A DNA stretch of 64,000 bases from a virus. Position numbers and translations under genes: made by a program. The notes under the pieces are model-generated. The model ran no database searches. It saw nothing but the letters and a program-made list of their open reading frames with translations, and had not been told where the DNA came from. Below, piece after piece: positions 63,810 through 64,000 of this stretch (the stretch's first letter is position 1; each line of letters begins with the position of its first letter). Location of the stretch: positions 24,487 to 88,486 of the IMG/VR virus record IMGVR_UViG_3300030329_001671. One strand, given 5' to 3'.

Positions 63810-64000
63810 ATGCCAAAAACAATAGGTTACAATGACCATTTCCATGGCGGATACGACACTTTTACTGTTGGGGAAACAGGGGGACCTGTTTTATTAAATC
63901 GTGTAACACTTGCAGATATTTCTACTGTTACCTTTGATATTCCAAAGACCTATAACGCCTATACATGGAGATTTTACAATATATCTACTGCATCTAACGG
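63810..64000 (+). CDS. Probable paralog family member 6 (3'-truncated)
   Basis: GGAGG RBS; ...STVTFDIPKTYNAYTWRFYNI matches the family N-terminal pattern. Confidence 0.6.
   Translation, partial: MPKTIGYNDHFHGGYDTFTVGETGGPVLLNRVTLADISTVTFDIPKTYNAYTWRFYNISTASN

Noticed and set aside
54221-64000. Diversity-generating retroelement acting on tail genes
   Set aside because: No reverse transcriptase and no near-identical template/variable repeat pair with adenine-specific differences.
1-64000. Stop-codon reassignment or prophage/integrase features
   Set aside because: Genes read intact with the standard code and use all three stops; no integrase or host-like flanks are in the window.

Overview
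A 64-kb segment of a large tailed dsDNA bacteriophage; essentially all genes are on the + strand. 1-12.6 kb: replication/recombination module (SNF2 helicase, NADAR, DnaB, RNase HI, primase, SSB, PolA, RecA, Cas4-like nuclease, dNMP kinase, RuvC-like resolvase). 12.6-34 kb: packaging and head module (TerS, TerL, class II RNR, portal, ClpP, prohead protease, scaffold, major capsid). Interleaved with it is a set of putative capsid-cargo proteins that share a 31-aa tag and hydrophobic-x-Lys sites and carry Nudix, PAP2, ADP-ribosyltransferase-like and GNAT domains. 34-39 kb: accessory genes. About 39.0-49.0 kb: an early/host-takeover island, possibly a collapsed long terminal repeat. It has about 15 near-consensus sigma70 promoter-gene-terminator cassettes, a GGGAAT repeat tract, LexA-like boxes at both borders, about 25 AAAATTTAGAAAAA motifs, periodic CCAGTA/CCGG/CAGCTG islands, a tRNA-Trp and promoter-driven structured non-coding RNAs of about 75 and 410 nt. 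49-64 kb: late genes, a 1444-aa repetitive tail-fibre-like protein and a tandem family of paralogous tail-associated genes. The AGAAC-N4-GTTCT boxes hint at a Chloroflexota (Dehalococcoidia/SAR202-like) or Gram-positive host (inference). All calls come from motif reading by eye; no database searches were run.
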